Shown here: one piece after another, positions 28,205 to 40,246 of the stretch
Layout of the letters: each line of letters starts with the position of its first letter
Numbering within the stretch: the stretch's first letter is position 1
NCBI RefSeq assembly: GCF_009914755.1
Contig: NC_060941.1
Strand: one strand, 5' to 3'
Origin: the human T2T-CHM13v2.0 reference genome, Homo sapiens
DNA length: 64,000 bases
Notes under the pieces: generated by a model
Database searches by the model: none
What the model was told of the DNA's origin: nothing
What the model saw: the letters and a program-made list of their open reading frames with translations, nothing else
Position numbers and translations under genes: made by a program

Positions 28205-28927
28205 TTTTAAGGTGTTAATTTCCATCACATCACTCTGTGCTGGGTTACCATGTAAAAAACTGCCGAATCTTGACCTTCACGTGAAATGTTAAAATCACAC
28301 TCTCTCTTGGAAGACTAAACTGTCATGAAATATTCTTTTCTGCAAAGTCATGGAGGAGTATCTCTGTACAGGTAACAGACACTTGAGATCTGGGTGTATA
28401 TTGCCTGAAGAAAGAAAGGGCGTGTTTATCTGATAAGTGTGGATTTTCTTTATATCAGTATCATCTCCTTTTTGCTTCTGTTTGTTGACTCACACCATTA
28501 CCTAAGCTTTAAATGCCCTAATCCCTACAATCTCCATTCCTTTTATGGCTCAAGTCAATCTTTCTACCTATTATACCACTAAATTTCTCTTTCCCTAATT
28601 AAACAGGTACAGCACTTATAGTCAATACTATACACTTGGTTATACACTTTAACACTTGATTATTTAATCCCTTGCATTATTTTACCTTTTCTTATGCATG
28701 CATCTTTTCCTCAAAATTACTGAATATACCCGGAGGACTTAGACTTCTGTGGGTTTTTTGCTATCAGTAATCAACCATGCAGAATATAACATACTTGCAG
28801 AACAATGCCAACATATATTTCTTAGCAAACAGTGTTATTATATCAATCAACTTATTTTAAGGAAAGCAATTCACACATTAGAATGGAGAGAGAAAAAGTC
28901 TAAGAGGTTAAAGAGGGATGAGCAACG

Positions 28928-29424
28928 TGTCAATCAGGCTTCTCTAGAGAAACAGAACTAATATGTATACAGTATATGTTTGCATGTGTGTCTCTCTGTG
29001 TGTGTATCTGTATATATAAAGAGATTTATTTCTAAAGAAATGGCTTGCACCATTGTAGGGGATGAAAAGTCAAAAATCTGTAGCGTAGGTTGGCAGGCTA
29101 GAAACTAAGATCAGCTTTGATGTTGCAGCCTTGAGTCTGAAATCAATAGGGCAGCTCAGCAGGCTGGAAAGTCAGGCAAGATTTCTGGTATTGTCTGGAA
29201 AGCAAAACTGTTTCTCCAGGATTTCTCAGTTTTGTTCTGAAACCTTCAAATGATTAGATGAGACCCAGCCACATTATCAAGGGTCATTTTCTTTACTGAG
29301 TCAACTGATTGCAAATGTTAATCACATCTACATAACACCTTCACAGAAACATCTGAACTAATGTCTGAGTAAACAACTAGGCACCACAGTCTAGCCAAAT
29401 TGACACAGAAAATTAACGATCACA
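28928..29424 (-). mobile_element. MLT2 (MLT2D-like) ERVL solo LTR
   Basis: Begins TGTCAATCAGGCTTCTCTAGAGAAACAGAAC and ends CTAGCCAAATTGACACAGAAAATTAACGATCACA, the reverse complement of the MLT2 start TGTGATGGTTAATTTTATGTGTCAA. Confidence 0.85.
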
Positions 29425-30084
29425 GGCACTTTATCATTTGCTCAGATACAGCTACTGGTGCACTGTATCCATAACCCCAAAGCCAAGTCTCTGTTTCCTT
29501 GCAGAAGGCTGTTAATTAATAATATCAGTTGATGCATGTGATCACCATGACAACTTTTTTTTTTCCTTTAAATATTCTTGTTAGGTTAATTGTGAATAAT
29601 TTTCAAGTCATATATCCTTGTTTAGAGAGCATGTTGGCATCTAACTGGGCCAGGAAGGAGAGCAATAGAACCCAGAAAGCACTCTTTAAAAATGGAGAGA
29701 ATAGATCGTCATTACGGAACAAGCATATGCTAAATATTCAGGCTACAATGCCACTGAATTGATGTTTTTTTGTTTGTTTGTTTTTCCCTGTGTGGTTCCT
29801 TCTCCATTTGAGGAGACATGCAGGAAAAACAACAACAACAACAACAAAATACAAAACAACAAAAGGCCGTCATTCCAGATCGACAGACAGAATTTAGCTG
29901 GAATTACTTTGGTATACACGCAAAGCCTCATGGTTTAAGCACCTGATGGCCATGATGATGTGTTGTCATCCTTGGATCTCTAAACACTAGCACATTGCCA
30001 TTGGCTGCAGGGTAAACTAAAGACACATGTGGTGAGGTGGGGAGACTTAAAATAAATTTGTGGGGAAATGGGGTTAGTTCAGCT

Positions 30085-30217
30085 GCTCCACAGTGTCCAC
30101 ACCTTCTGGGAGCTTGTTAGAAATGCAGATGCTCAGGTACCACTCCAGACCTACTGTAGCCAAATCCGCATTTTAATAAGTCCTCAGGTGATTGACATGC
30201 CCGTTAAAAATTAAGAA
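30085..30217. mobile_element. MER5B-like fossil
   Basis: CTGGGAGCTTGTTAGAAATGCAGAT.CTCAGG..CCACTCCAGACCTACTG...GCATTTTAATAAG..CTCAGGTGATT. Confidence 0.75.
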
Positions 30218-30939
30218 TGAATTAAATCATCCACGGTACCATCTGAGACAAGAAGAAGTTATGGCACCATTTCTCCCTTTCAGTCTTCTGGGGCATTTTC
30301 TGTCTCCAAAATCAAAACTGAGTTGGAGTAGCTCAGCTGTACTCTATTTGATCATCAATAGTGGATATAAAAGACTAATAGTGTTTAAACAGTGTCTAAA
30401 CAGTGTTCCACCCTATTGATATCCTCCCGCCTCTTCTTTTATTCCCCTTTCCACAGGCAAATGGAGAGGACCCAAAGGGAATTCAAGTTTCTTAAGATTC
30501 AGACCAGTTTCCTGACCAAGGTGTGTGTGTGCGTGTGCGAGTGCATGTGTGTGTATGTGTGTACTTAAATCAGAGTCACTGTTAAATCAGCTAAGTCTCG
30601 GGGAAGACTCAGCTAGAATGAAGATTTGTGAATACAATACATTTGCACCCTATTATTTTAAGCATTGAAGAAAATTCCTGGAATGAGAATGAGATGTGGC
30701 TAATGCAGAGTGAATTTGGTGAATCTGCTAGCCATAAGTATCCAAAATAAGCTCAGCAAGACTTATGGTTGCCACTTCAGGCAGTTGGCAACTGTAAGCC
30801 ACAGGCAAAGAGGAAGGAAACAGAGAATGAGGAACAAAAGAATAAGATATGAGTAAAGTAGAAAAATAAAGGTAAAATAAAAGAGTAAAATCAGAGGCAG
30901 TCTCATTTTGCATAATATTTGTCTAATATATAAAGAGAA

Positions 30940-31107
30940 AATTATATATATGTGTTTATATGTGTATGTGTATGTGTATATATTAGTATATATATTATAT
31001 ATGTATATGATATATAAAATATAAATATAAAGATTATATATTATTATATATAATATATATATTTATTATATTTTTATATATTTATATTATATATAAAATA
31101 TAAATAT
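30940..31107. repeat. AT-rich low-complexity (TA-type) tract
   Basis: Almost exclusively A/T with TATA-type periodicity. Confidence 0.9.
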
Positions 31108-31282
31108 TGAGCATTGACTTTGGATGATTTAGTTGACATGATAAATAAACATAAATAAGTTTAACTTTTATAGTCTGACATGGTATCTTTTCTCCCAGGG
31201 GTTTCTGGGCATATCTCAGCAAGAACAAAATACTGAGAGTTGTTTCTCTGTCTTTGCATTGAAAATAGTCACTTTAAAATTT

Positions 31283-31826
31283 TTCCTTGTAGATTCTGGA
31301 TATTAGACCTTTGTCAGATGGGTAGATTGCAAAAATGTTCTCCCATTCTGTAGGTTGCCTGTTCACTTTGATGATAGTTTATTTTGCTGTGCAGAATGCC
31401 CATCAATAATAGACTGGATTAAAAACATGTGGTACACATACACCATGGAATACTATGCAGCCATAAAAAATGAGATCATGTCCTTTGCAGGGACATGGAT
31501 GAAGCTGGAAGCCATCATTCTCAGCAGATTAACACAGGAACAGAAAACCAAACACCGCGTGTTCTCCCTCATAAGTGGGAGTTGAACAATAAGAACACAT
31601 GGACACAAGGAGGGGAACATCACACACCAGGGCCTGTTGGGAGGTGGGGGGCAAGGGAAGGGAGAGCATTAGGACAAATAGTTAATGCATACAGGACTTA
31701 AAACCTGGACGACAGGTTGATAGGTGCAGCAAACCACCATGGAACATGTATACCTATGTAACAAACCTGCACATTCTGCACATGTATCCTGGAACTTAAA
31801 GTAAAATTTAAACAATTTAAAAATAA
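31283..31826 (+). mobile_element. L1PA (about PA10-13) 3' end with inverted 5' segment
   Basis: 31283-31396 is antisense ORF2 (CCTTGTAGATTCTGGATATTAG..TTTGTCAGATG...TTTTGCTGTGCAGAA); from ~31395 sense ORF2 end (WYTYTMEYYAAIKNEIMSFAGTWMKLEAIILS), 3'UTR and A-rich tail. Confidence 0.92.
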
Positions 31827-33442
31827 ATTTTCTATGTAAAAAAATGTATTTCTAGTTCAAATACTTAAGGCCCTTATTTAAAAATACGTTCTGTCACCTT
31901 CTTATATGATGTGTAAGACTCTCAACAAAGGCCAGACCAGTAGAAAAACTGTGAAAATCCACTGCATTAACTTATAACAATTTAAATCAAAATCTGCTAT
32001 TGAAAATAAAACCAAAGAATCAGTCAAAGCACAGTTAATACTTGAGAGGATTTATAATGCTCATAGTTACATGAAAAAAATAATGTAGTCTACTGATTAC
32101 AAATACCTTCCTATTCAAATCCTACAAAACTGAGGGTCGCAGATATAGTCGCAGTAACAAGGATGTTACTTTTTCTGTTTCCAATTTTTTTTTTTAAATA
32201 TGACTTTAATCACACATTTCAAGTTTTTTAAAAATGTTCAACTGATTTTACAACTACGGTCTATGAAATACAGGTTCTGAACAATCTATACTATAATTAC
32301 ATACTATGGAGAGAGTTTATATGATTGTATTTTGTGTTTCAAATACAAATGTGTTATATACTGCATACAATTCCACTGTTAAAAAATCAAATGTGAAGAG
32401 TTTTGAAGATGAGAACAGCTGGAAGAAAAGTACAATTTTAGGTAAATAAGACAATAGGAATTGACCATCTGGATTTGTTAAAGAAAATTGTATTTCGAAA
32501 GAACAGATGAAAGATAAAAAAGGCTAAGACAAAACCCCCAAATCTGAGTATTTAAAAAATTATAATATCAGAAAAGATTGAACTGAAAAATTTCAACTAG
32601 AAGTAGAAAATGAAATCAATCAATAGTCTTTTTGATGTTAATGGTGTGTTGTTATTTTTAGTTAACCATTTATTTAATGTAATTTATTTCAAACAGAGTA
32701 ACTATATAAGGGTGCTACTTTTTCAAAAAATGAGGAATAACCTGTCAAAGTGTTATAGTCCCTTTATAGTGGAAAAAGACAAACAGGCAATTCAAATATG
32801 TAGAGAAATTCAATTTTATGAAAAATGAGTATCATACATAAGGTTGTGAAAGGTAAGGGCAGTTAGAGCCAAAAGAAAAACAACTTGTCAATTAAAAATT
32901 AAATATCCACTTCAGTAGAAAATACAGGATTCTTTCTATTGTGTATTCAGTATCTCGGGAAGATGTCCTCTACATTTTTTTTTCTTTCTATACCCATAGA
33001 AATAATCTATTAAGCCCAAGTGAGTTATTCCGTTTTCCTTTCTTTCAATGTATTTCAATATAATTTTTTCAAGATTTAATGAAAGAGCTGTACCCAGCCC
33101 TTTTCAAGAACGTCTGGCCAAATGCAGCAGTAAATTATAAAATAATGCCCAGCATTCATAAAACAGTTCGCAAATTACTATTACAAAAATCCACTGATCA
33201 AATGAGCCCCCCAGATGTGTTGTTTAAATCACCAAATATATATAGATATATCCTTAAGAAGCATATTCCAGCTTCTCAAAACTGTTTAGGATTTTCCTTA
33301 AAAATATCTCCTTTAAGTCAGATGGTAGCAGTATCCATATTCTGAAAAATTATTGCCAAATTAAAGAACAAATTATTAAATGCAGGCACTCCAAACCCAA
33401 ACCAGAGAATGTTTTTATTTAGTATTTTTGGGCCTTTCTTTC

Positions 33443-33564
33443 AGAGGCTCTTACATTCTGGTTTCCCCAGAATAGTCCCCATTTGTGCCTGATGTAACTG
33501 TTAATAGTACTGCCTTTCACTCTCCAAGGGTCTTAGTTTGGATAATAAAATATATGGTTACCCA
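33443..33564 (-). mobile_element. MER94-like hAT-Blackjack MITE
   Basis: TTAATAG.AC.GCCTTTCACTCTC.AAG.GTC..AGTTTGGATAATAAA.TATATGGTTACCC matches the reverse complement of the MER94 5' end. Confidence 0.65.
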
Positions 33565-34494
33565 CCTTTAAGCAACGTATGAGGTATAGGTTAAGAATTC
33601 ATGAAGTTTAGTCTTTTATTTTTATAAACCAATAACGTACTGAGTGAACTATTAAATATTATTAAATTTGGTATAGGGTATTCATTCATGTGTGTGTGTG
33701 TGTGCACGTGTGTATACAGACACACATAGGTATCAAATCTATAGCTTGTGAAATAACTATGCTTAAATAAGAAGTAATGAAGTTTATTCTGCCATAATCC
33801 TGCTGCTACTCACAGATAGATTTCTTCAAAGAAGTTATTTTGAGACTATACACGTACTCCAAAAATGCCATTTCTAGCACAACTCTAAGTGTGCTAGAGT
33901 TAGACTTGTGAACCACGTTATAAGACTTTCAAAAAAAAGTTTCATTGCTTGATAGCCACAATTATTTTCAGTCGGAATTACCAGACTCAACATCAATTTT
34001 AAATTCAAATGGCCTTTATTTGGTTTAAGAAAACATAGCCTTGAGGCACATACGTCTTTATTTATTATGTTGAAACATAATTATTTGTTTACTGTTTGTT
34101 CCTTCTTTGAGCTCCGTGAGTACTTACGGGCAACTTTTCCTTATTCATCAGTATGTCTCTAAATATCTAGTATAGTACTTAGGACGTTTTAGACACATAG
34201 TAAATATTTGTTGAATCATAATATAAGCAAATGAATCAGTGAGTACTGATCTTTGAGTCTTTGCAGACAATTCCGAAAGTAGAGTTTTCACACTGGAATA
34301 AATAGTCGGTAATTGTTTTGAAGGGAACAATACTAATATGTAAATCCTGGTGTAATAAATTTTAAGTCATATTGACACTCAAGCTTAATAAATCCACATC
34401 TTATCCCGAACAACTACACCTTTTTTTCAGAAATGATTTCAGTTTTGTGCTAGAAATGGGCTAAAAGTGGGGAGCCCAGGGTTGGGCTGCCTGT

Positions 34495-34647
34495 TCGCTA
34501 CTCAAAAGTTGATCCACAGAATGAGCCACATCAATGTGACCTGCAAGCTTGTTAGAAACAGGCCCCACTGCAGAACTATGGAATCCAAATCCACATATTA
34601 CTAAGATCCCCTGGTAATTTATGCGCACAGAACATTTGAGAAGCACT
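34495..34647. mobile_element. MER5B-like fossil
   Basis: GCTACTCAAA..GATCCACAGA...GCTTGTTAGAAA...AAGATCCCCTGGTAATTTATGCGCACA.AACATTTGAGAAGCACT. Confidence 0.7.
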
Positions 34648-34803
34648 ACTTACACTGTTTATGGTTTGAGTGTTTATAATATTCATGTAAAGAGACTACG
34701 AAGGACACAGAATGAAGTTAGGAAGGGGTATATTAAGAGATATAAATACCACAAAATGACTTTTTTGTCCCCTGGGGATTGTATGTTCTAGTGAGATAAA
34801 CAG

Positions 34804-34890
34804 ATAAGTTTTGTCTGTTTTAATCTGTCTGCTAAGGTTTGATTTAAACCATTAAACCTTAGCAGGCAGAATAAAATAGAGTAAAATTAT
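34804..34890 (+). other. Long imperfect inverted repeat (about 40-bp stem, 7-nt loop)
   Basis: Arms ATAAGTTTTGTCTGTTTTAATCTGTCTGCTAAGGTTTGAT and ATTAAACCTTAGCAGGCAGAATAAAATAGAGTAAAATTAT pair by eye with 4 G-U, 1 mismatch and 2 single-nt bulges. Confidence 0.85.
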
Positions 34891-35697
34891 AACTCTATAC
34901 AAAATAAAGTTAGGGTTAGGAGAAGATAAAACCAACAACTCTCTACCTTGAACAAAGACAAAGAGATTAAAGTGAAGTATCAATCGTTGCTTTTGTGTTC
35001 ACTAATACCTACGCATTTGTGTGTACCTTCTCTCTCACACACACATACACCCATACACTTCTGTCTCCTGCCTTCCTACAAGAGTTGATATGACTAAAAT
35101 ATGTATCATGGCTATCCTCCCGGTAGTTATGTTTTTCCTTATAATGTAGTGAAGCTTTAACTTCAATGCCCTCATTAGTAACCTGAACATCTTAAGACTA
35201 TCCATAGGGAAATAAATCTTAAATGAAAATAACTGCTTTTGACATGCATTGACCTTGTTAACATTGCAGGTAAAACCTCACCAAAAAAATAAACGTCATG
35301 TTACCAATGCAAGATTCGACACACGAAACACAGACCATGATGAGGTTCAGCTGTGGCTCTTTCTTGTGGAGATGTAATAACTAAGAGTGTTGCTGCACAA
35401 CCGATGCACAGAAAAACAAGCTTATCAGGATGCCTCTTGGATACCACAATGAGAATACAGAATCCCCCAGGCCTAGAGTTTTCAAATTAATCAACAGATA
35501 ACATTTCATTGACAAAATAGTCATACTTTCTCTGGTTGTACTTAGAAACACTGTCTAAAATTTATTTTAGTCTACCAGACTGGTTACCCCAAAGTCTATA
35601 CAATTTTAACAGTAACATCTGATTGTAGCCTTATTTAAAATCATGTATGCTGAGAAAACTCCATTGAACCATTTGCAAAGATATTGATCCTAAAATA

Positions 35698-35800
35698 TGC
35701 TTATTTCACATTGCATGCCTGTATCAAAACATCTCATGTACCCCAAAAATATATACACCTACTATGTACCCATTAAAAATTCTAAAAGATAATTTAAATT
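35698..35800 (+). mobile_element. L1MA 3' end fragment
   Basis: TTATTTCACATTGCATGCCTGTATCAAAACATCTCATGTACCCCA.AAATATATACACCTACTATGTACCCA plus A-rich tail. Confidence 0.85.
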
Positions 35801-36441
35801 TTTTAAAAAATTTTTGAACCAGACAAATCTTGCATATAGACTTTGTTATAACATGTAACTTATATATTTCATATGACTGCAGAAAAAAAATTCAATAAAC
35901 ACTTAGTCTCTGTTACCATACTACATGAAAGGTTCTGCACTGTGTATTTGAAATCAACTGTGACATCTCTCCTGGAAGATTTTCCTGGACTCCCGTTCCC
36001 AGGAAGAGTCAATAATCCTATCTTGCGTGTTACCACCTTGTTTCTGTATGAGTAATACAACTAAGCTAAGCCTACATTGTAAAAATAATTTCCATATATG
36101 CTTCTGACAACCACTATATTATGAATTTGGCTTATTAAAAAACAAGCATTTGGCTTATTTTTGTTCTTTAGATTTTAGTACACTTTTCTGCATCAAAAGT
36201 GCTCAGAAATTTCAACTGAATTATTAATGATTTGTTGGACATATTTTAACACAAGGCAATTGGCTATTGTGATATTTCATTTAAAAATTCTGGGCTAGTC
36301 TTCACTACGCTTCTCAGGAATGAAAAAGGTAGAGTCAAAATTAGCAGTAGAAGTTCACACATAGGAAAATACTAGATTTGTGTTTCTCATCTTGACAAGT
36401 CTGTGTAATAATAAGTGTCATTTATGACCCATGCAGGTATG

Positions 36442-36478
36442 TTTTTTTTTGTTGTTGTTTTTTTTTTTTTTTTTTTTT
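36442..36478. repeat. T-rich/poly(T) tract
   Basis: T run, (GTT) repeats, long T run. Confidence 0.9.
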
Positions 36479-36532
36479 ACTTTACAAAGTTTAGTCTTCC
36501 TCTTAAAATAAACCTGACTCTTCTGATGGTAG

Positions 36533-38843
36533 CTAAATAGCAGTTTCTTCCAACTTCCGTGTTGGAATGTCAAATGTTTCATAAGCATTCGAAACCACTC
36601 TCTGTAAGAATAGTACAGTAGAGTTATATACCGAGCATCTTGCCATGATACTAAACTCCCAGAACAAGATGTGCACGATACTAAAGTACTTGCAAATGAA
36701 ATCACAAGTTGACTGGAATTAGCTTCAACATGCTTCAGCAAAAACAAATTTGAAATATCATCGAAACACCGTTTTTATTCAAAACACTTTCACATTATTT
36801 TGCTGAAGTCTTTCTTAGAAATTTCAAGATAAATACAGAAGATAGTGCCCAATTTACGATAGTTCAACTTTTGATTTTTCGACTTTTCAATAGTTCTATT
36901 TTTCACTTTCATTATCGTATTCAATAGATTACATGAGATATTCAACACTTAACTATAAAATAGACTTTATGTTAGTTATTTTGCCCAACTGCAGGCTAAT
37001 TCTGAGAAGGTTTAAGGTAGGCTAGGCTGAGCTATGGTGTTTGGTAGGTTAGGTGTATTAGATGCATTTTTGGCTTATGATATTTTCAACTTACGATGGG
37101 TTTATTGGAACAGAACCCCTTCTTAAGTCGAGGACCATCTGGGCAAGACTCCTCAGGCCTATCTTCATGGCAGTAAATATTTAGATGAGTCTGTGCATTG
37201 GACACTGTTTGATGATGTGTTATCTTTTCAGTTATTATTGACATCAACTTTTAGTCCAATGACCCAATATGAGTATTCACACCTTAACCAATAATGTCAA
37301 ACATATATAAACACATATAAGAAGATGTAAGAGTCTCTTCTGCAATGCAGAATAAAGGTGATGGAGGTTTCTACCTTTGTTTTCTTGTCCCCGTTCCTTC
37401 ACTACATAAGTCCCTGTGTAAATAATGCTATAAATATACTTTATGAAGAAATTAATCCATGTGCTTTGAACATTTGTGTCAGATTTGGCAAGGAGGAAAT
37501 GCTCTTCAGAAGAGTCAATTATTCCTACCTGAACCACACCTTGAATTTGCCATGGAAGGCTGGCTTTCACTGTCTGGCTGCACATTTCTAATTACAAGAA
37601 ATTAGAAATTTATTGCTTTTCCTCCTACTACTTATGAAGTTGATTTTAATTTTGCTTGTTTTTAAACAGTATATACTTCTTACTTATAAATACAAATAGG
37701 TAGTCTAGGCATAGACTAGACAAACTTATACATGGATTAACCAGCAATGAAACAGCATACCTGTGGTTATATTTCCACATGACCATTTCTCAAATGAAGT
37801 CTCCCTTTTTCTCTAAATGTCTTTAAAGATTTGAGTGTGCATAATTCATACCTAATTTATTTAATAATGGGAGATGCAGAGTTTTAATACATACATAAAT
37901 ACATTAGTCTAAAAATAAAGCCAGCAAACTTGTTTAAACATTATTTTAAAATATTGGCTTCCTCTCAATGAATGTCAATTCCAAAATGGCTTTATTATCC
38001 AGAAACTATGTGTTATTGCTAAATCTTACTCCAAACCAAATTATTTTATGAATGGATGAAAAAGTTATAAAACACAGACCTTTACCAATATTTGCTAAAG
38101 GATACATAATACCTTCTACCATAAGAACACCAAAGAGAGCACCAGTAAGTTGTTTGAGAAAATCTGTTCCCTGGAATAGTGGATGTTTCTTTGGATCAAG
38201 TGGACAAATAGACACAATGTACTCACAGCCTATCCCAATAAGAAGCATTAGAATATTTTCGTGACAACAAGCAAAAGTTATTACTAACACTGATTTTACT
38301 TTTGGCATCAAGACCTGGTCTCTACGTGATACAGTTCTGTGCTTTAAAAAACTTACATGGCTTATTATCCTTTTTTTGTTCTTTTGTAGAACTAACAGAC
38401 TCAGATTATCCAACAGCAAATCATTTTCCAAATGTTAATTGCATTCTTTCAAGAAAGTGGAATGTTCCTGAATGTAATGTAATTGTATTTTTTCAGCCAC
38501 TCCAACTAAAGCAATGGCTTACTTAGGTTGGCACCTGTGAGACCAAATTTTTTTTTTTTTTTACTTAAGTGAATTAGCAATTACGGATCAGGAAAGAACT
38601 ATTAGGACCAACTGAGACCTGATGCCTAGGTGATGTTTTCCCAGGTTAGGTCTTATGTGGGCCAATGGAAAGAAACTAAATTATATCTACCTTTAGCCAC
38701 CCCCAACCCTCAGCCCTCACTTATTTTATGAAGGTAATTAGTACTTTCAGTAATTGGACCTCACACGCTCTATAGATGGCTGAAGTCACAAGTTATGGGT
38801 ATTGCTGCAGAATAGCTTAGAGCCTTAATGGTGAAATATTCCC
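36533..38843 (-). pseudogene. Speculative decayed multi-exon gene (five exon candidates), product unknown
   Basis: Segments 38843-38721, 38467-38357, 38229-38113 and 37587-37283 are AG/GT-bounded and 36601-36533 runs from an acceptor to a stop; they join in phase; 4 stops in the first two; no recognised homologue. Confidence 0.2.
36836..37141 (-). mobile_element. MER47A (TcMar-Tigger) DNA transposon fossil
   Basis: TTTAAGGTAGGCTAGGCTGAGCTATGGTGTTTGGTAGGTTAGGTGTATTAGATGCATTTT..CTTATGATATTTTCAACTTACGATGGGTTTATT...TAAGTCGAGGACCATCTG. Confidence 0.85.
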
Positions 38844-39564
38844 CTGACAAGAATTATCAAATTCAATTGAATACTTGAGTTTCTGACCTAAAATATTTTT
38901 CCAGAGGACAAGGGAGCCCAGTGGTTGAAGTTTTTTAAAGGCTGTCTTCCAGGGCATGAAGTAGGGAGGAGAAGAATGACCAGTTTATAGGGAAAGAGAA
39001 ACAGAAAATAGCCACCATACGCCATGACACTCTTATCTACTATGAACCGGATTGAGTGTTCAAACTTTCCCGAGTTACAGTCAGTCCTAAACTCTTCTAC
39101 AGGGATCACTGTAGACTTGCCCTGGCTTGTCTTACAGAAAAATATTCCCACAGACAGAATGACTGGGAGGGTTCAACGGCAGGTTACAGACTTTTAGTCA
39201 GCCGGAAACTGACAGTTGTCATATTAGATGGGTAAACATGGCTGATCTGATTTTAGGTTTTTTTTAAAAAATAATAACTACACTGATGCAAATCTTCTTT
39301 GGTTGCTTTTTCTCTGTTTTCTCTCATTTGTTTATTTATTTCTACCTACGGTAATATTTTAATCATCTAGAAAATAATGCAATAATCATATTTTACTCAC
39401 TACCAAGATTTTATAAACATTAACCTTTCTGCCGTATTTGTTTCAGCTATCTCAAAAACATTTTTAAATATTTTTAAATGCTGTGGAGCACCAGAATTCT
39501 TCTTAGAATCATCTCCTCTCAATAGAGTAGACCCTCATTTCTAGGCAATTGTGCTTATTTAGGT

Positions 39565-39569
<5 letters not shown>

Positions 39570-39619
<50 letters not shown>

Positions 39620-39654
39620 TTTTATATAGAGATTCTATATATATACACACACAG

Positions 39655-39699
<45 letters not shown>
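39570..39699. repeat. Compound (TA)~21 and (CA)~22 microsatellites
   Basis: TA run 39571-39612, CA run 39656-39699. Confidence 0.97.
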
Positions 39700-39706
<7 letters not shown>

Positions 39707-39944
39707 ACAAGTCTTCCAGGTTGGTTTTGTGCCAATTTTGTTTCCATTGCAATTATAGCATTTACCAGATACTATAAATACCTATTTACTTTTTTACATG
39801 TCTGCCTTCCTCATTAGACTTTGAACACATTTACAACAATTAGCACAGCACTTGGCATATAAATGATCGTGGAATGGGTGAGAGAAGAAAGCATTTGGAT
39901 TTTCAGCCTGGGATTCTGCACATGCCATAGACAAGTCAGTGATC

Positions 39945-40246
39945 TTTTTTTTTTTTTTTTTTAGACGGAGTCTCACTTTGTCACCTGGGCTGGAGTGCAG
40001 TGTCACGATCTCGACTCGCTGCAACCTCTGCCTCCCAGGTTCAAGTGATTCTCCTGCCTCAGCCTTCTGAGTAGCTGGGACTACAGGCACATGCCACCAC
40101 GCCCAGCTATCTTTTTGTATTTTTTTTTAGTAGAGACAGGGTTGCACCATATTAGCCAGGATGGTCTTGATCTCCTGACCTTGTGATCTGCCCGCCTCAG
40201 CCTCCCAAAGTGCTGAGATTATAGGCGTGAGCCACCAAGCCCAGCC
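39945..40246 (-). mobile_element. Alu, AluSc/Sc8-like
   Basis: Poly(T) then antisense Alu with TTAGCCAGGATGGTCTTGATCTCCTGACCTTGTGAT; TSD CAAGTCAGTGATCTT / CAAGTCAGTGTTCTT. Confidence 0.95.

Noticed and set aside
31355-31701. ORFs resembling a reverse-transcriptase protein C-terminus (also 59896-60096)
   Set aside because: Fragments of truncated L1PA copies; not functional CDS.
36442-36800. Processed pseudogene suggested by the poly(T) tract
   Set aside because: No TSD, no canonical AATAAA near the tail and no recognisable parent mRNA.
38006-38431. 141-aa single-exon ORF
   Set aside because: Non-ATG start, no recognisable domain, and it reads through a consensus GTAAGT donor; only part is used in the speculative spliced model.
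38523-38534. In-frame 12-nt microexon (cacag|GTGCCAACCTAA|gtaagc) on the minus strand
   Set aside because: Preceded by an A-run instead of a pyrimidine tract, and the downstream intron would be only ~55 nt.
38888-38984. Extra upstream exon with a decayed acceptor
   Set aside because: No AG after the pyrimidine tract, and the following intron would be only 44 nt.
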